A stretch of DNA of 64,000 bases from contig JAAYVI010000037.1 of assembly GCA_012517235.1 (NCBI GenBank), positions 15,411 through 79,410 of the forward strand, written 5' to 3'. The notes below the pieces were generated by a model, which saw only the letters and a program-made list of their open reading frames with translations, was not told the DNA's origin and did not search any database. Positions 52,789 to 61,849 of this stretch are shown here, piece by piece (position 1 is the stretch's first letter; every line of letters starts with the position of its first letter). Both the position numbers and the translations under genes were made by a program. Origin of the DNA: Elusimicrobiota bacterium (GTDB lineage: Bacteria > Elusimicrobiota > Elusimicrobia > Elusimicrobiales > UBA9959).

Positions 52789-54167
52789 TGGCCGGAATAG
52801 GATTTGAATTAAAAAAACTTTTTAAGGATAATAGGCTAATTTCCATTTTCCAAGTATACGGATATTCGGCGCTTTTGAGTTCCGGGACTTGGATGATATC
52901 TATTTTTAGCATTTTGTTCATAGGATTAATCAAAACATATCAAAATAAAAACGTAGCGGAAATCATACAGTTTCAAGTATCAATAACATACCTTTTGGCT
53001 TTAAGCTTAATTTTTTCTTCTTTTTTTCAGTTGTCCTTTTCCAGATATATAGCCGACATGATATTTCATAAAAAACAGGAGAGAATATTGCCCGGATTCG
53101 TAGGCGTAATCTTTATTATTTTTTCTTTAGGATTTATTTTTATATTAGGTTTTTCTTTTTTATTTTTAAGGCATACTTCGCCTTTTTTTATAATTCTATT
53201 TTGCGGTTCATTTTTATCTCTTTCGGGAATGTGGATAGCCAATACTTTACTTCTAGGAATAAAAAAATACAAGCTGATATTTTCGGCTTATTTATTTTCT
53301 TATTCTTCAATAATACTTTTGGCCTTTTCCGCAGGCAATTATAAACTAGAAGGACTTATGTTTTCTTTTTTCTTTGGAAATTCCGTGTTATTTTTTTGGC
53401 TTTCGGCAATAGTAGTAAAAAATTATAAGTCGCAAGATTTCATAGACTTTGGTTTTTTGTCGGACAAAGAATATTCCTTAATGCCTTGTTTAATATTCGG
53501 ATCTTTTTTCTATAATATGGGAACTTGGATCGATAAAGCTTTTTTTTGGTTTTCGGAAAATACCGGATACAGGGTACTGTCAAAACTAAACGCCTCCATA
53601 GTTTACGACCTTCCCCTTTTCTTGGCATACCTTTCCATAATACCCGGAATGGCGATATTCTTCTATAGACTAGAAGCCGATTTTGCCGAAAAATACGAAT
53701 TATTTTATAAAAACGTAAGAGAAGGCGGCACCCTAAAGGAAATAAAAGATTATAAAGAAGAAATGACCGATACCGTAAGGATAATGATAAGAGAGGTTAT
53801 AGTAGTTCAAGGAATATTCGACTTGCTTATATATTTTTATTCTCCCGCAGTATTTGAAATGCTTAATATGCCAAAGCTTTATCTGCCTCTTTTTCACATA
53901 GATTTAATATCGGTGCAACTTCAGCTGGGACTGATGTCCATGCTAAGCGTTCTTTATTATATGGACAAAAGAAGAGAAGCGATGTGGATATCATTATTTT
54001 TCATGATTTCCAATTCCATCTTTACTTGGATAACTATAAAACATCTCGGTCCTTTTTTCTTCGGATACGGATTCGGATTTTCGGTATTTTCTTCTTTTAT
54101 AATATCTTTATATGTCTTAAGAAAAACTTTTAGGAATTTAGAATATGAAACTTTTATGCTTAGGTAA
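52788..54167 (+). CDS. pelG: PelG polysaccharide-transporter-like 12-TM protein
   Basis: Starts MAGIGFELKKLF, as PelG proteins do. 459 aa, about 12 TM. Confidence 0.8.
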   Translation: MAGIGFELKKLFKDNRLISIFQVYGYSALLSSGTWMISIFSILFIGLIKTYQNKNVAEIIQFQVSITYLLALSLIFSSFFQLSFSRYIADMIFHKKQERILPGFVGVIFIIFSLGFIFILGFSFLFLRHTSPFFIILFCGSFLSLSGMWIANTLLLGIKKYKLIFSAYLFSYSSIILLAFSAGNYKLEGLMFSFFFGNSVLFFWLSAIVVKNYKSQDFIDFGFLSDKEYSLMPCLIFGSFFYNMGTWIDKAFFWFSENTGYRVLSKLNASIVYDLPLFLAYLSIIPGMAIFFYRLEADFAEKYELFYKNVREGGTLKEIKDYKEEMTDTVRIMIREVIVVQGIFDLLIYFYSPAVFEMLNMPKLYLPLFHIDLISVQLQLGLMSMLSVLYYMDKRREAMWISLFFMISNSIFTWITIKHLGPFFFGYGFGFSVFSSFIISLYVLRKTFRNLEYETFMLR

Positions 54168-56817
54168 AATATTATTTTTTCTAATTTTTTCTTATACCGA
54201 ATTAAATGCGGCAAGGACGGCTTTTTATTACGGTAAAAACTTCCCCCCTTCCGAAATATCATTTTACGACAGGATAATAGTGCAGCCGGACAACCTACCG
54301 TCAAACCTTTTATCCAAATACCCCGAAAAATTTTTCGCATATTTTTCCGTATGCGAAAAAAATAATATTCAAAAAGATTTAATATTGGGAGAAAACACAT
54401 CTTGGAATTCCAAGATAGGCGACATAAGAAAAGAAAAATATTCCTCCCTGCTTATAGATGAAATATCTTCTTTATACGATAAAGGATTTAGAAATTTTTT
54501 TCTCGATACTTTAGATTCTTATTTTTTGGTTCTTAAAAACCAAAAAGATATAAAAGATTATGAAATATCCTTAATTAATTTCATATCTCAAGCAAAGAAT
54601 AAATTTCCTAACTCTCAATTTATTTTAAACAGAGGTTTCGAAATAATGAAAGAAGCGAAACCTTACGCTTCGGCTTTAGCCGCAGAGTCTCTTTATTTCG
54701 GAATAAACCCAAAAGAAAAAGAATATTTAAAAATTAAAGAGGAAGATTCGGCATGGCTTAAAGAAAAACTTTTACAAGCCAAGCAATTGGGCTATGAAGT
54801 CATAGTTATAGATTATTTGCCCACCGATAAAAAAGCCGAGAGAATTTCTTTGGCAAGAAAGATAAAACAAGAAGGATTTACTCCTTATGTTTCAGATTAT
54901 AATTTGGAAAAATGGGGACAAACCGAATACGAAAAAATACCGAGAGAAATAATAATATTTTTTGATTCCCAAAAAGTCTCGGATAAAGTTTATTCTCAAG
55001 CGCACCGCCTCGCTTCCGCTCCGCTGGAGTATCACGGATATATACCAAAAATAAAAGACATAAGAGAGCCGTTGCCGCAAAATTTGGAAGAAACGCACGC
55101 AGTGATTTTTCTTACCGAAAGCGAATACGCCGATAATAATAAACGGCTGTTAGATTGGACCATAAGAGCCATAAATTCCGGCAAAAAAATTCTATTCCTA
55201 GGTTCTTTTCCTTTCCCACCTGAACCTTCATACTTTTCCCCTTTTGGAATAACCATATCTAAAAACAAAGCTCGCCCGGGAGAACCCAATATTTTACTGT
55301 CTTTGGATAAATATTATTCCGTTTTTGAATCTCCTTTTTATTTTTATCATTCGGATTACCTTTTAAATGCGCAAGTATGCCGTTCTATCATTTCTTTCAA
55401 GAATAATTACGATCAAATACACTCTCAAGCTTCCTTGTGTCCATGGGGAGGATACGCATTATCCGAATCTTGGGTAACACAAATCGATAATAAAGAATTA
55501 TTTCAGATAAATCCTTATTATTTCTTTAAAGAAGCTTTGGCACTTAAAGATTTTCCCGTTCCGGACCCTACGACTCAAAACGGAAGAAGAGTCCTTGTTT
55601 CTCATATAGACGGCGACGGTTTTTCCTCTTTTTCGGAAATCAAAAAAGGATATTACAATGCGGAAATATTAAAAAAAGAAATACTGGAAAAATATCCTAT
55701 TCCTCATTCTGTTTCCATAATAAGAGGAGAGATAGAATCTCCTTCCTTAGACGAAAAACAAAAAGAAAGACTAAAGAAATCCGCTTTGGAAATTTTTTCT
55801 CTTCCTTGGGTAGAAATGGCAAACCACTCCTTTTCTCATCCTTTTAAATGGGTTAATCTTTCATCGGCCGGAGAATATGATAATATAGAACAGCTTTATT
55901 CTTTAAATATCCCAGGATATTCTTTTAATATAAACGAAGAAATTTTGGGAACCAAGAAATGGCTTGAGAAAGAATTTTCACTATCTGGTAAAAAAAATGA
56001 AATATTCTTTTGGACCGGCGACTGCGTCGCCCCTCAATCGGCATTAAAAATATTAAAAGAAAACGGAATGAGAAATATAAACGGAGGCTACACCGTAGCG
56101 ACAAGGGAAAATCCTTATCTTTCCCTAATAGCTCCTTTTGGAATAGAAAGAGACGGATATTATCAAATTTACAGCGGACAGCAAAACGAAAACATATACA
56201 CAAATCTTTGGAGCGGGCCTTTTTGGGGATACTCCAAAGCGATAGAGACATTCGAACTTACCGAAAAACCTTTAAGACTGAAGCCTATAAATATTTACTA
56301 TCACTTTTATTCGGCGCAAAAACAAGCGTCTATTAACGCTTTAAAAAAGGTATATGATTACGCCATTTCCTTAAAAACAAATCCCATATATGCTTCTCAA
56401 TATGCCGACACTGTTAACGACTTTTATGAGTCCGGAATATATAATTACGGATCTTCATGGATATTTGCCGGCAACGGCAGTTTAAAAACTTTAAGACTTT
56501 CCCAAAATTATTACCCTGAGATTAAATACTCCGCGGCCGGATTTGAAAAAAACAATTCCGTATCATATGTACATCTTTACGGCAATCCGCCTTTTGAAAT
56601 AGAAGTATCAAATTCCCCTGAAAAAAAGCCTTATCTTAAAAATTCTTCTTGTTATTTGGAAAATTTTAAATCCGAAGGCGAAAAAATATATTTTTCTTTG
56701 TCGTGTTCGTTTAAAACCGAATTTGAAACCGAAAACACATCGAAATGCGTTTCAAAAAAAGAAAAGATATATTCGCAAGAAATAATAAAGGAAAAAATTT
56801 ATGCGCAATGTCAGTGA
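54145..56817 (+). CDS. pelA: PelA-like multidomain protein (N-terminal glycoside hydrolase-like TIM barrel, C-terminal polysaccharide deacetylase-like region)
   Basis: 890 aa with a signal peptide. The N-terminal FYDRIIVQPD...GFRNFFLDTLDSY...NRGFE pattern matches the PelA/TM1410-type hydrolase domain. The later HIDGDGF and ANHSFSHP resemble CE4 metal and catalytic motifs. Confidence 0.8.
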   Translation: MKLLCLGKILFFLIFSYTELNAARTAFYYGKNFPPSEISFYDRIIVQPDNLPSNLLSKYPEKFFAYFSVCEKNNIQKDLILGENTSWNSKIGDIRKEKYSSLLIDEISSLYDKGFRNFFLDTLDSYFLVLKNQKDIKDYEISLINFISQAKNKFPNSQFILNRGFEIMKEAKPYASALAAESLYFGINPKEKEYLKIKEEDSAWLKEKLLQAKQLGYEVIVIDYLPTDKKAERISLARKIKQEGFTPYVSDYNLEKWGQTEYEKIPREIIIFFDSQKVSDKVYSQAHRLASAPLEYHGYIPKIKDIREPLPQNLEETHAVIFLTESEYADNNKRLLDWTIRAINSGKKILFLGSFPFPPEPSYFSPFGITISKNKARPGEPNILLSLDKYYSVFESPFYFYHSDYLLNAQVCRSIISFKNNYDQIHSQASLCPWGGYALSESWVTQIDNKELFQINPYYFFKEALALKDFPVPDPTTQNGRRVLVSHIDGDGFSSFSEIKKGYYNAEILKKEILEKYPIPHSVSIIRGEIESPSLDEKQKERLKKSALEIFSLPWVEMANHSFSHPFKWVNLSSAGEYDNIEQLYSLNIPGYSFNINEEILGTKKWLEKEFSLSGKKNEIFFWTGDCVAPQSALKILKENGMRNINGGYTVATRENPYLSLIAPFGIERDGYYQIYSGQQNENIYTNLWSGPFWGYSKAIETFELTEKPLRLKPINIYYHFYSAQKQASINALKKVYDYAISLKTNPIYASQYADTVNDFYESGIYNYGSSWIFAGNGSLKTLRLSQNYYPEIKYSAAGFEKNNSVSYVHLYGNPPFEIEVSNSPEKKPYLKNSSCYLENFKSEGEKIYFSLSCSFKTEFETENTSKCVSKKEKIYSQEIIKEKIYAQCQ

Positions 56818-57547
56818 CAGGGAACTTCTAATAGCCCGAGATATAGAAATTATTTTTATAATTATTATTTTTTCTTTTCTTTTCTGGGCCGTTTTTCCCG
56901 GCAAAAAAATCATATCAAACGCCGTTAACGAAAATAAAAATTTGGATTTAACTCAATTATATTTAAAAAATATCGCAAAAAAATATCCTTCAAATTTTGA
57001 AGTACATTTTGCATTGTCCGATATATACTTAAAGCAAGGCGATTTAATAAAAGCCAAAGAATCTTTATATCCTTTATCGAATATAAAGGACGAAGTCCTT
57101 TCGCAAAAGAGAGATTTATATTACGCAAGGATAACTCTTTTTTCAATAAATGAAAAATCGGATAAGAAAGATTTTATTTTTTTAAGAGAATATTACTCTT
57201 CTAAAAAATTTTTTTCATCGCCGGACAAAGAAAAATATGTTTGGGAATATGTTCTAAAACTTATTTCTTTGTCATTATGGCAAGAATCGGCCGATTTTGC
57301 AGTTTTAGCTTTGAAAACTGCGGATAATTTCGAAGACAAAAAACTTTGTCTTAAAATATTTTTATATTCGACACGAGCTGGAAATTTATTTAAAAAAAAT
57401 ATTCGCCTTCTCGATTCTTTCGCCCATATATTTTACATCGACGACGAATCGGCCAACGATATAATAAAGACATATTTGCAAGCCCAAGAACCTTATAAAG
57501 CGGCAGAATATGCTGAAAAAATACTTAAATTAAGAAAAATATTATGA
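56801..57547 (+). CDS. PelB N-terminal-like protein (TM anchor plus TPR-like repeats)
   Basis: 248 aa. TM IEIIFIIIIFSFLFWAVF, then TPR-like helices (HFALSDIYLKQGDLIKAKESL). ATGA overlap with the next ORF. Confidence 0.55.
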   Translation: MRNVSDRELLIARDIEIIFIIIIFSFLFWAVFPGKKIISNAVNENKNLDLTQLYLKNIAKKYPSNFEVHFALSDIYLKQGDLIKAKESLYPLSNIKDEVLSQKRDLYYARITLFSINEKSDKKDFIFLREYYSSKKFFSSPDKEKYVWEYVLKLISLSLWQESADFAVLALKTADNFEDKKLCLKIFLYSTRAGNLFKKNIRLLDSFAHIFYIDDESANDIIKTYLQAQEPYKAAEYAEKILKLRKIL

Positions 57548-60165
57548 ACTTGTCTTACTATATTTTCTTCATTTTTTTAATGTCTTCATTTCTTTTTTCT
57601 CAGTCTGTTAAAGAAGAAACATTAGAATTATCGTGGCAAAGTTTCATTTACTCTAAAAAACTAGAAAACGCTTATAATCTTTCCAAAAAAGCCCTAACTC
57701 TTTATCCAAAAAATATTACTTGGAGTGAAAGGATGGCTCAGGTTTGTATTTGGACGGGACGCACCGAGGAAGCGGCTCAAATATATGAAAAAATGAGCTT
57801 AATTGGAATATATCCTTCGACACTAAAAGAAAATTTGAAAATTTTCAAAAATACGAATCCGTTTTTTTATGCCAAGGCGACGGAATATTTTCTCAAAAAA
57901 GAATTTTCCGAAAAATCTTTCGAAGATTTATTTCTATTTTACTCTTCTTTGGGAGAAAAAGAAAAAGCTTATTTACTGAGCCAAGCATATCTCGATAAAA
58001 TAAAAGATAAAAAGACAAAAGAAGAATTGGCTTTATTTTACTTGGATAACGGCTACGGTTCGAAAGCCGAACATATTATATCTTCTGCTTTAAAAGACAG
58101 CTGCGCCGTAAGACTTAAATATGCAAAATTAAAATTTTCGTCTAAAAAATTTGATAAAGCCTTAGATATTCTTAAAAAATACACCGAACAATGTTCTAAT
58201 ATCCCGGAATATTATTTTTTCTTAAGCGATTTGTCTTTTTTACTTTCAAAATACGAAGAAGCCGCAAAAGCTTCTCAAAAACTCTTATCTTTAGGAAACT
58301 ATAGAGAAATAGACGCGGAAAGAGTTTTTAATTTTTATATGATCAAAGATAAAAAGAAAGCGTCAGAAACATCTTTGGCGGCCTACAAAAAATTTAATAA
58401 AAAATATTTTCTATATTATTACCTTTCTTCTTTGGATACCATCGAAGAAAAACTTTATTTTTTAAATAGAGAATCTCTTATAGAAAAAGACATAATCGCA
58501 TATTATAATCTTCAAAATTATAATAATCTTTCTTACTCCCAAAGAAAGTCTATGTTAAAAAAAATATTATCTATTAAAGACTGGAACTTATTATCGGACT
58601 ATTTTTGGCTGACATATCAAAACGCGACGCATGATGAGAGAGTCGCAGTATCGAACAAATTCTCTTGTTTTTCTTCCGAATCTTCAAATTATGCGTTACC
58701 TTTGGCATATTTAAAATCGTCTCACGGCGATTACTCCCAAGCTCTATATTGTTTCGAAAAGTATTATTTAAAAAATGCCCCGTCGTCTCTTCTTTGGCTT
58801 TCATATTCCGATTTTTTAAGAAACGCGGGTCTTGAAAGCGAGGCCGATTTTTTCATCAGAAAAGCATATTCGGCAAAAGAAGACGGACAATTAAAAAACT
58901 CGGACGGCATGAGGCTTAAACTTATTTTTGAAAATTCATCTTTTTTTAAGAAAAACTTAAGAGAATCCGATTTGAGCGTTAAAGAAAAATTAGAGCTTAA
59001 ATTGTCTTATTTGGAACTAAAAGACTTAAAAGAAGCGGCCGACGATATTACAATTAAAAAGTCTCAAGATTCTCCTCAATGGGCGCTCTTTTCTTATATC
59101 GTTAGAAACGGAGGAGATCAATCCCGTTTTTTAAAATCTTCCTATTCCCCTCCCTTGAGAGATTTGGCTTCTCTTTTAATATCCGAAGGCAAAATAAACG
59201 AAGGGAAAGATAAAATTAACGAAGCTCTAACAAAAGCTCAAGACAATCCCAAAAATCATCTATACTGGAAATCTTTATTTTTGAAAAAAAGCTTTGAAAA
59301 TTCGATTTATTCCGAGTATCAAGAAAAAAATTATGCTTATTATAAAAAAATCGGGTTTAATTCTAATATATATTCTTACGATACTGTCAAAATTAACGGT
59401 ACCGCGGAATCGGAAAATATAAATTTTTATCCCGGTAAAGGTTTTGTTAAAAACACAAAAGATAATATGACTTTTTCTCTTGCCATAGAGGAAAAAGACT
59501 GGAGTTTAGATATTTCTTTATTTAAAAAAATAGAAAATATACTTTCTTTTTCGGCGGAAAAAAGATTTCTTTATAAAAACGCCTCTTTTTTACTATCGGC
59601 AAGACATAATGTTCCTTCTTCGGAAAGTGTTATTTTGGAAAACACCTCTAAAAAAGATGTTTTTTTACAAGACTTTTCTAATTCTTTAGGAAAAAAATTA
59701 AAATTGGGCTTTGTAAATTCTTTTTCAAATTATAAAGATCAAAAAGGCATGTTTCTCGGAAAAGGAAAAGAAAATGAGATATATATTCTTTTGCCTCATT
59801 ATAATACTAAAGTATATGGAAAAATAGGAAATTTTTCATCCGATAAATGGAGTCAAAATTATTCCATAAATAAAATTTATTCTTATTATAATTTTAGAAT
59901 CTTGCCGGAGAATTTTTCTGAAACGGGAATTTCTTTATCTCTTTTTGACAAAAAAGGTTTATCATATTCTTCCAGATGGGAGTCACCGATTTTTTTATCC
60001 TTATCATATAATTCGCAAACCTTATTAAATTATTCGGCTTTTCTTAATATAAAAACGCCCGGATTTAATAAAAAAGATTCCGTCATATCTCTTTCCTATT
60101 CCGAAGGAGGAGCAACAAACTCCGATTCCGTATTCTCTTGCCGTTTGATTTTTAATTTTAGATAA
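57544..60165 (+). CDS. pelB: PelB-like TPR scaffold with C-terminal beta-barrel porin
   Basis: 873 aa. Signal-like N-terminus, about 550 aa of TPR-like helices, then about 300 aa of Tyr/Ser/Asn-rich alternating beta-strand sequence ending FSCRLIFNFR. Confidence 0.7.
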   Translation: MNLSYYIFFIFLMSSFLFSQSVKEETLELSWQSFIYSKKLENAYNLSKKALTLYPKNITWSERMAQVCIWTGRTEEAAQIYEKMSLIGIYPSTLKENLKIFKNTNPFFYAKATEYFLKKEFSEKSFEDLFLFYSSLGEKEKAYLLSQAYLDKIKDKKTKEELALFYLDNGYGSKAEHIISSALKDSCAVRLKYAKLKFSSKKFDKALDILKKYTEQCSNIPEYYFFLSDLSFLLSKYEEAAKASQKLLSLGNYREIDAERVFNFYMIKDKKKASETSLAAYKKFNKKYFLYYYLSSLDTIEEKLYFLNRESLIEKDIIAYYNLQNYNNLSYSQRKSMLKKILSIKDWNLLSDYFWLTYQNATHDERVAVSNKFSCFSSESSNYALPLAYLKSSHGDYSQALYCFEKYYLKNAPSSLLWLSYSDFLRNAGLESEADFFIRKAYSAKEDGQLKNSDGMRLKLIFENSSFFKKNLRESDLSVKEKLELKLSYLELKDLKEAADDITIKKSQDSPQWALFSYIVRNGGDQSRFLKSSYSPPLRDLASLLISEGKINEGKDKINEALTKAQDNPKNHLYWKSLFLKKSFENSIYSEYQEKNYAYYKKIGFNSNIYSYDTVKINGTAESENINFYPGKGFVKNTKDNMTFSLAIEEKDWSLDISLFKKIENILSFSAEKRFLYKNASFLLSARHNVPSSESVILENTSKKDVFLQDFSNSLGKKLKLGFVNSFSNYKDQKGMFLGKGKENEIYILLPHYNTKVYGKIGNFSSDKWSQNYSINKIYSYYNFRILPENFSETGISLSLFDKKGLSYSSRWESPIFLSLSYNSQTLLNYSAFLNIKTPGFNKKDSVISLSYSEGGATNSDSVFSCRLIFNFR

Positions 60166-60173
60166 TTTAATAA

Positions 60174-60740
60174 ATGAATTATTTGGAAATATTTTTAATC
60201 GCTTTAAGCCTTTCCTTGGACGCATTCGCCGTAAGCATATCTTCCGGCGGAACTATGAAATTTCTGAGAATTTCCCAATGGTTTAAAATGGCTTTTTTCT
60301 TCGGAGCTTTTCAGGCTTTGATGCCTTTGATAGGATGGCTGGCGGGAATATCGATGCTAAAATATATATCTTCATTAGATCATTGGGTAGCATTTATCCT
60401 GCTTTTTGCCGTAGGAGCCAAAATGATTTACGAAGGATTTAAGATAGAGGATATGAATTGCGAAAAAAAAGGCTCTTGTCCTTTTAATACGATGACTCTT
60501 TTAATACTTTCTTTAGCGACAAGCATAGACGCTTTGGCGGTAGGAATCACATTTTCCCTGATTAAAATTTCAATAATTTCTCCGATTATAATAATAGGAA
60601 TAGTGACATTTCTAATGTCTTTGTCCGGAGTAAAAATAGGATATGCCGGTAAAAATTTTTTTGAGAACAAAATGGAAATAATAGCCGGATGTATTTTGAT
60701 AATTTTGGGATTTAAAATACTTATACAGCATATAATTTAA
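60174..60740 (+). CDS. mntP: Manganese efflux pump MntP (DUF204)
   Basis: Duplicated LSLDAFAVS / TSIDALAVG motifs. 188 aa, 6 TM. Confidence 0.85.
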   Translation: MNYLEIFLIALSLSLDAFAVSISSGGTMKFLRISQWFKMAFFFGAFQALMPLIGWLAGISMLKYISSLDHWVAFILLFAVGAKMIYEGFKIEDMNCEKKGSCPFNTMTLLILSLATSIDALAVGITFSLIKISIISPIIIIGIVTFLMSLSGVKIGYAGKNFFENKMEIIAGCILIILGFKILIQHII

Positions 60741-60745
60741 ACTAT

Positions 60746-61849
60746 ATGAAAGGTTTAACCTTTAAAAAAATACTATCCGCAAATCCCGAGGAAATAGACA
60801 AAAAATTAAAATTAAATCATCTTTTCATTTATATAAACACCTCGTGTAATTTATCCTGCCGATACTGCGGATGTCACTTTATAAACGAATTAATTAAAAA
60901 TCCAATATTGCAAGAAGACAGATTTCGAAAAGCGCTAAAACAATTCGCCCAAAGAGCGTGCCGGTATCCGGAATTTACCTTTTACGGAGGAGAGCCTCTT
61001 ATTTATTACGAAAAACTTAAAAAATACTCTTCCTTAATAAGATCGAAATTTCCATATTCGAGGATAAATATTTTTACAAACGGAATGCTTTTAAATAAAA
61101 AAGCCGCAGATTTGGCCGAAGAAAAAAATTTAAATTTTTTAATAAGCATCGACGGGGATAAAAAAACTACGGATTTTAACAGAAAAACATTTATTTATCC
61201 TTCCGTTTATGAAAAAATACTAAAAAACCTTAAAAATTTTAAAAATTTTCATAGATTCACGGCAAACATGGTAATAACTCCGGATAACGTAGAATATTGG
61301 GCCGACAATGTCGCTCATTTAAAAAAGATGGGGTTCGAATCCGTAAATTGGGATATAAACTATGCGGGAGAATGGGATAAGAAAAAAATAAATATTTTTT
61401 CCGAAGAGTTAATAAAGATTTTATCTTCTTACATAAAAGAAAGTTTTAAAAAATCTAATTTCAAACTCTCCAATTTATATAAATATCTGTTTAAGAAAAA
61501 TAGCGACGACCAGCCCTTGTCTCTTACATTAATGAACGACGGCAATTTTTATTTTTGCGACTTAACTTCTTTACTGCGCGAGGCAAATCAAAAAGAATTA
61601 AAAAAAACCGAGATGTTTTTTAATTTTCTTTCCGCTCAAAAAAATCTATCTCGCAACGAATTATATTGCGGAACCGGATTATATTTATATCTTTGCTTAA
61701 AAAACAAAAAAAGCGAAGAAGCCGAAAAGAAACTTTCGTTTTTTTTCGATCTTAAAAATAGGCATGAGAAAATACTGAAAGCCTTCGCTAACAAAATCAA
61801 AAGAATTCCGCATATTATGTCCGTTTACGAAGAGAAAAATATCAAATGA
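60746..61849 (+). CDS. Radical SAM protein of unknown function
   Basis: CNLSCRYCG (Cx3Cx2C) near the N-terminus and GGEPL. Only three further Cys in the C-terminal third, so this is not a full SPASM domain. Confidence 0.75.
   Translation: MKGLTFKKILSANPEEIDKKLKLNHLFIYINTSCNLSCRYCGCHFINELIKNPILQEDRFRKALKQFAQRACRYPEFTFYGGEPLIYYEKLKKYSSLIRSKFPYSRINIFTNGMLLNKKAADLAEEKNLNFLISIDGDKKTTDFNRKTFIYPSVYEKILKNLKNFKNFHRFTANMVITPDNVEYWADNVAHLKKMGFESVNWDINYAGEWDKKKINIFSEELIKILSSYIKESFKKSNFKLSNLYKYLFKKNSDDQPLSLTLMNDGNFYFCDLTSLLREANQKELKKTEMFFNFLSAQKNLSRNELYCGTGLYLYLCLKNKKSEEAEKKLSFFFDLKNRHEKILKAFANKIKRIPHIMSVYEEKNIK

Noticed and set aside
60166-60173. Looked for a yybP-ykoY manganese riboswitch upstream of mntP.
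   Set aside because: Only 8 nt separate mntP from the pelB stop codon.
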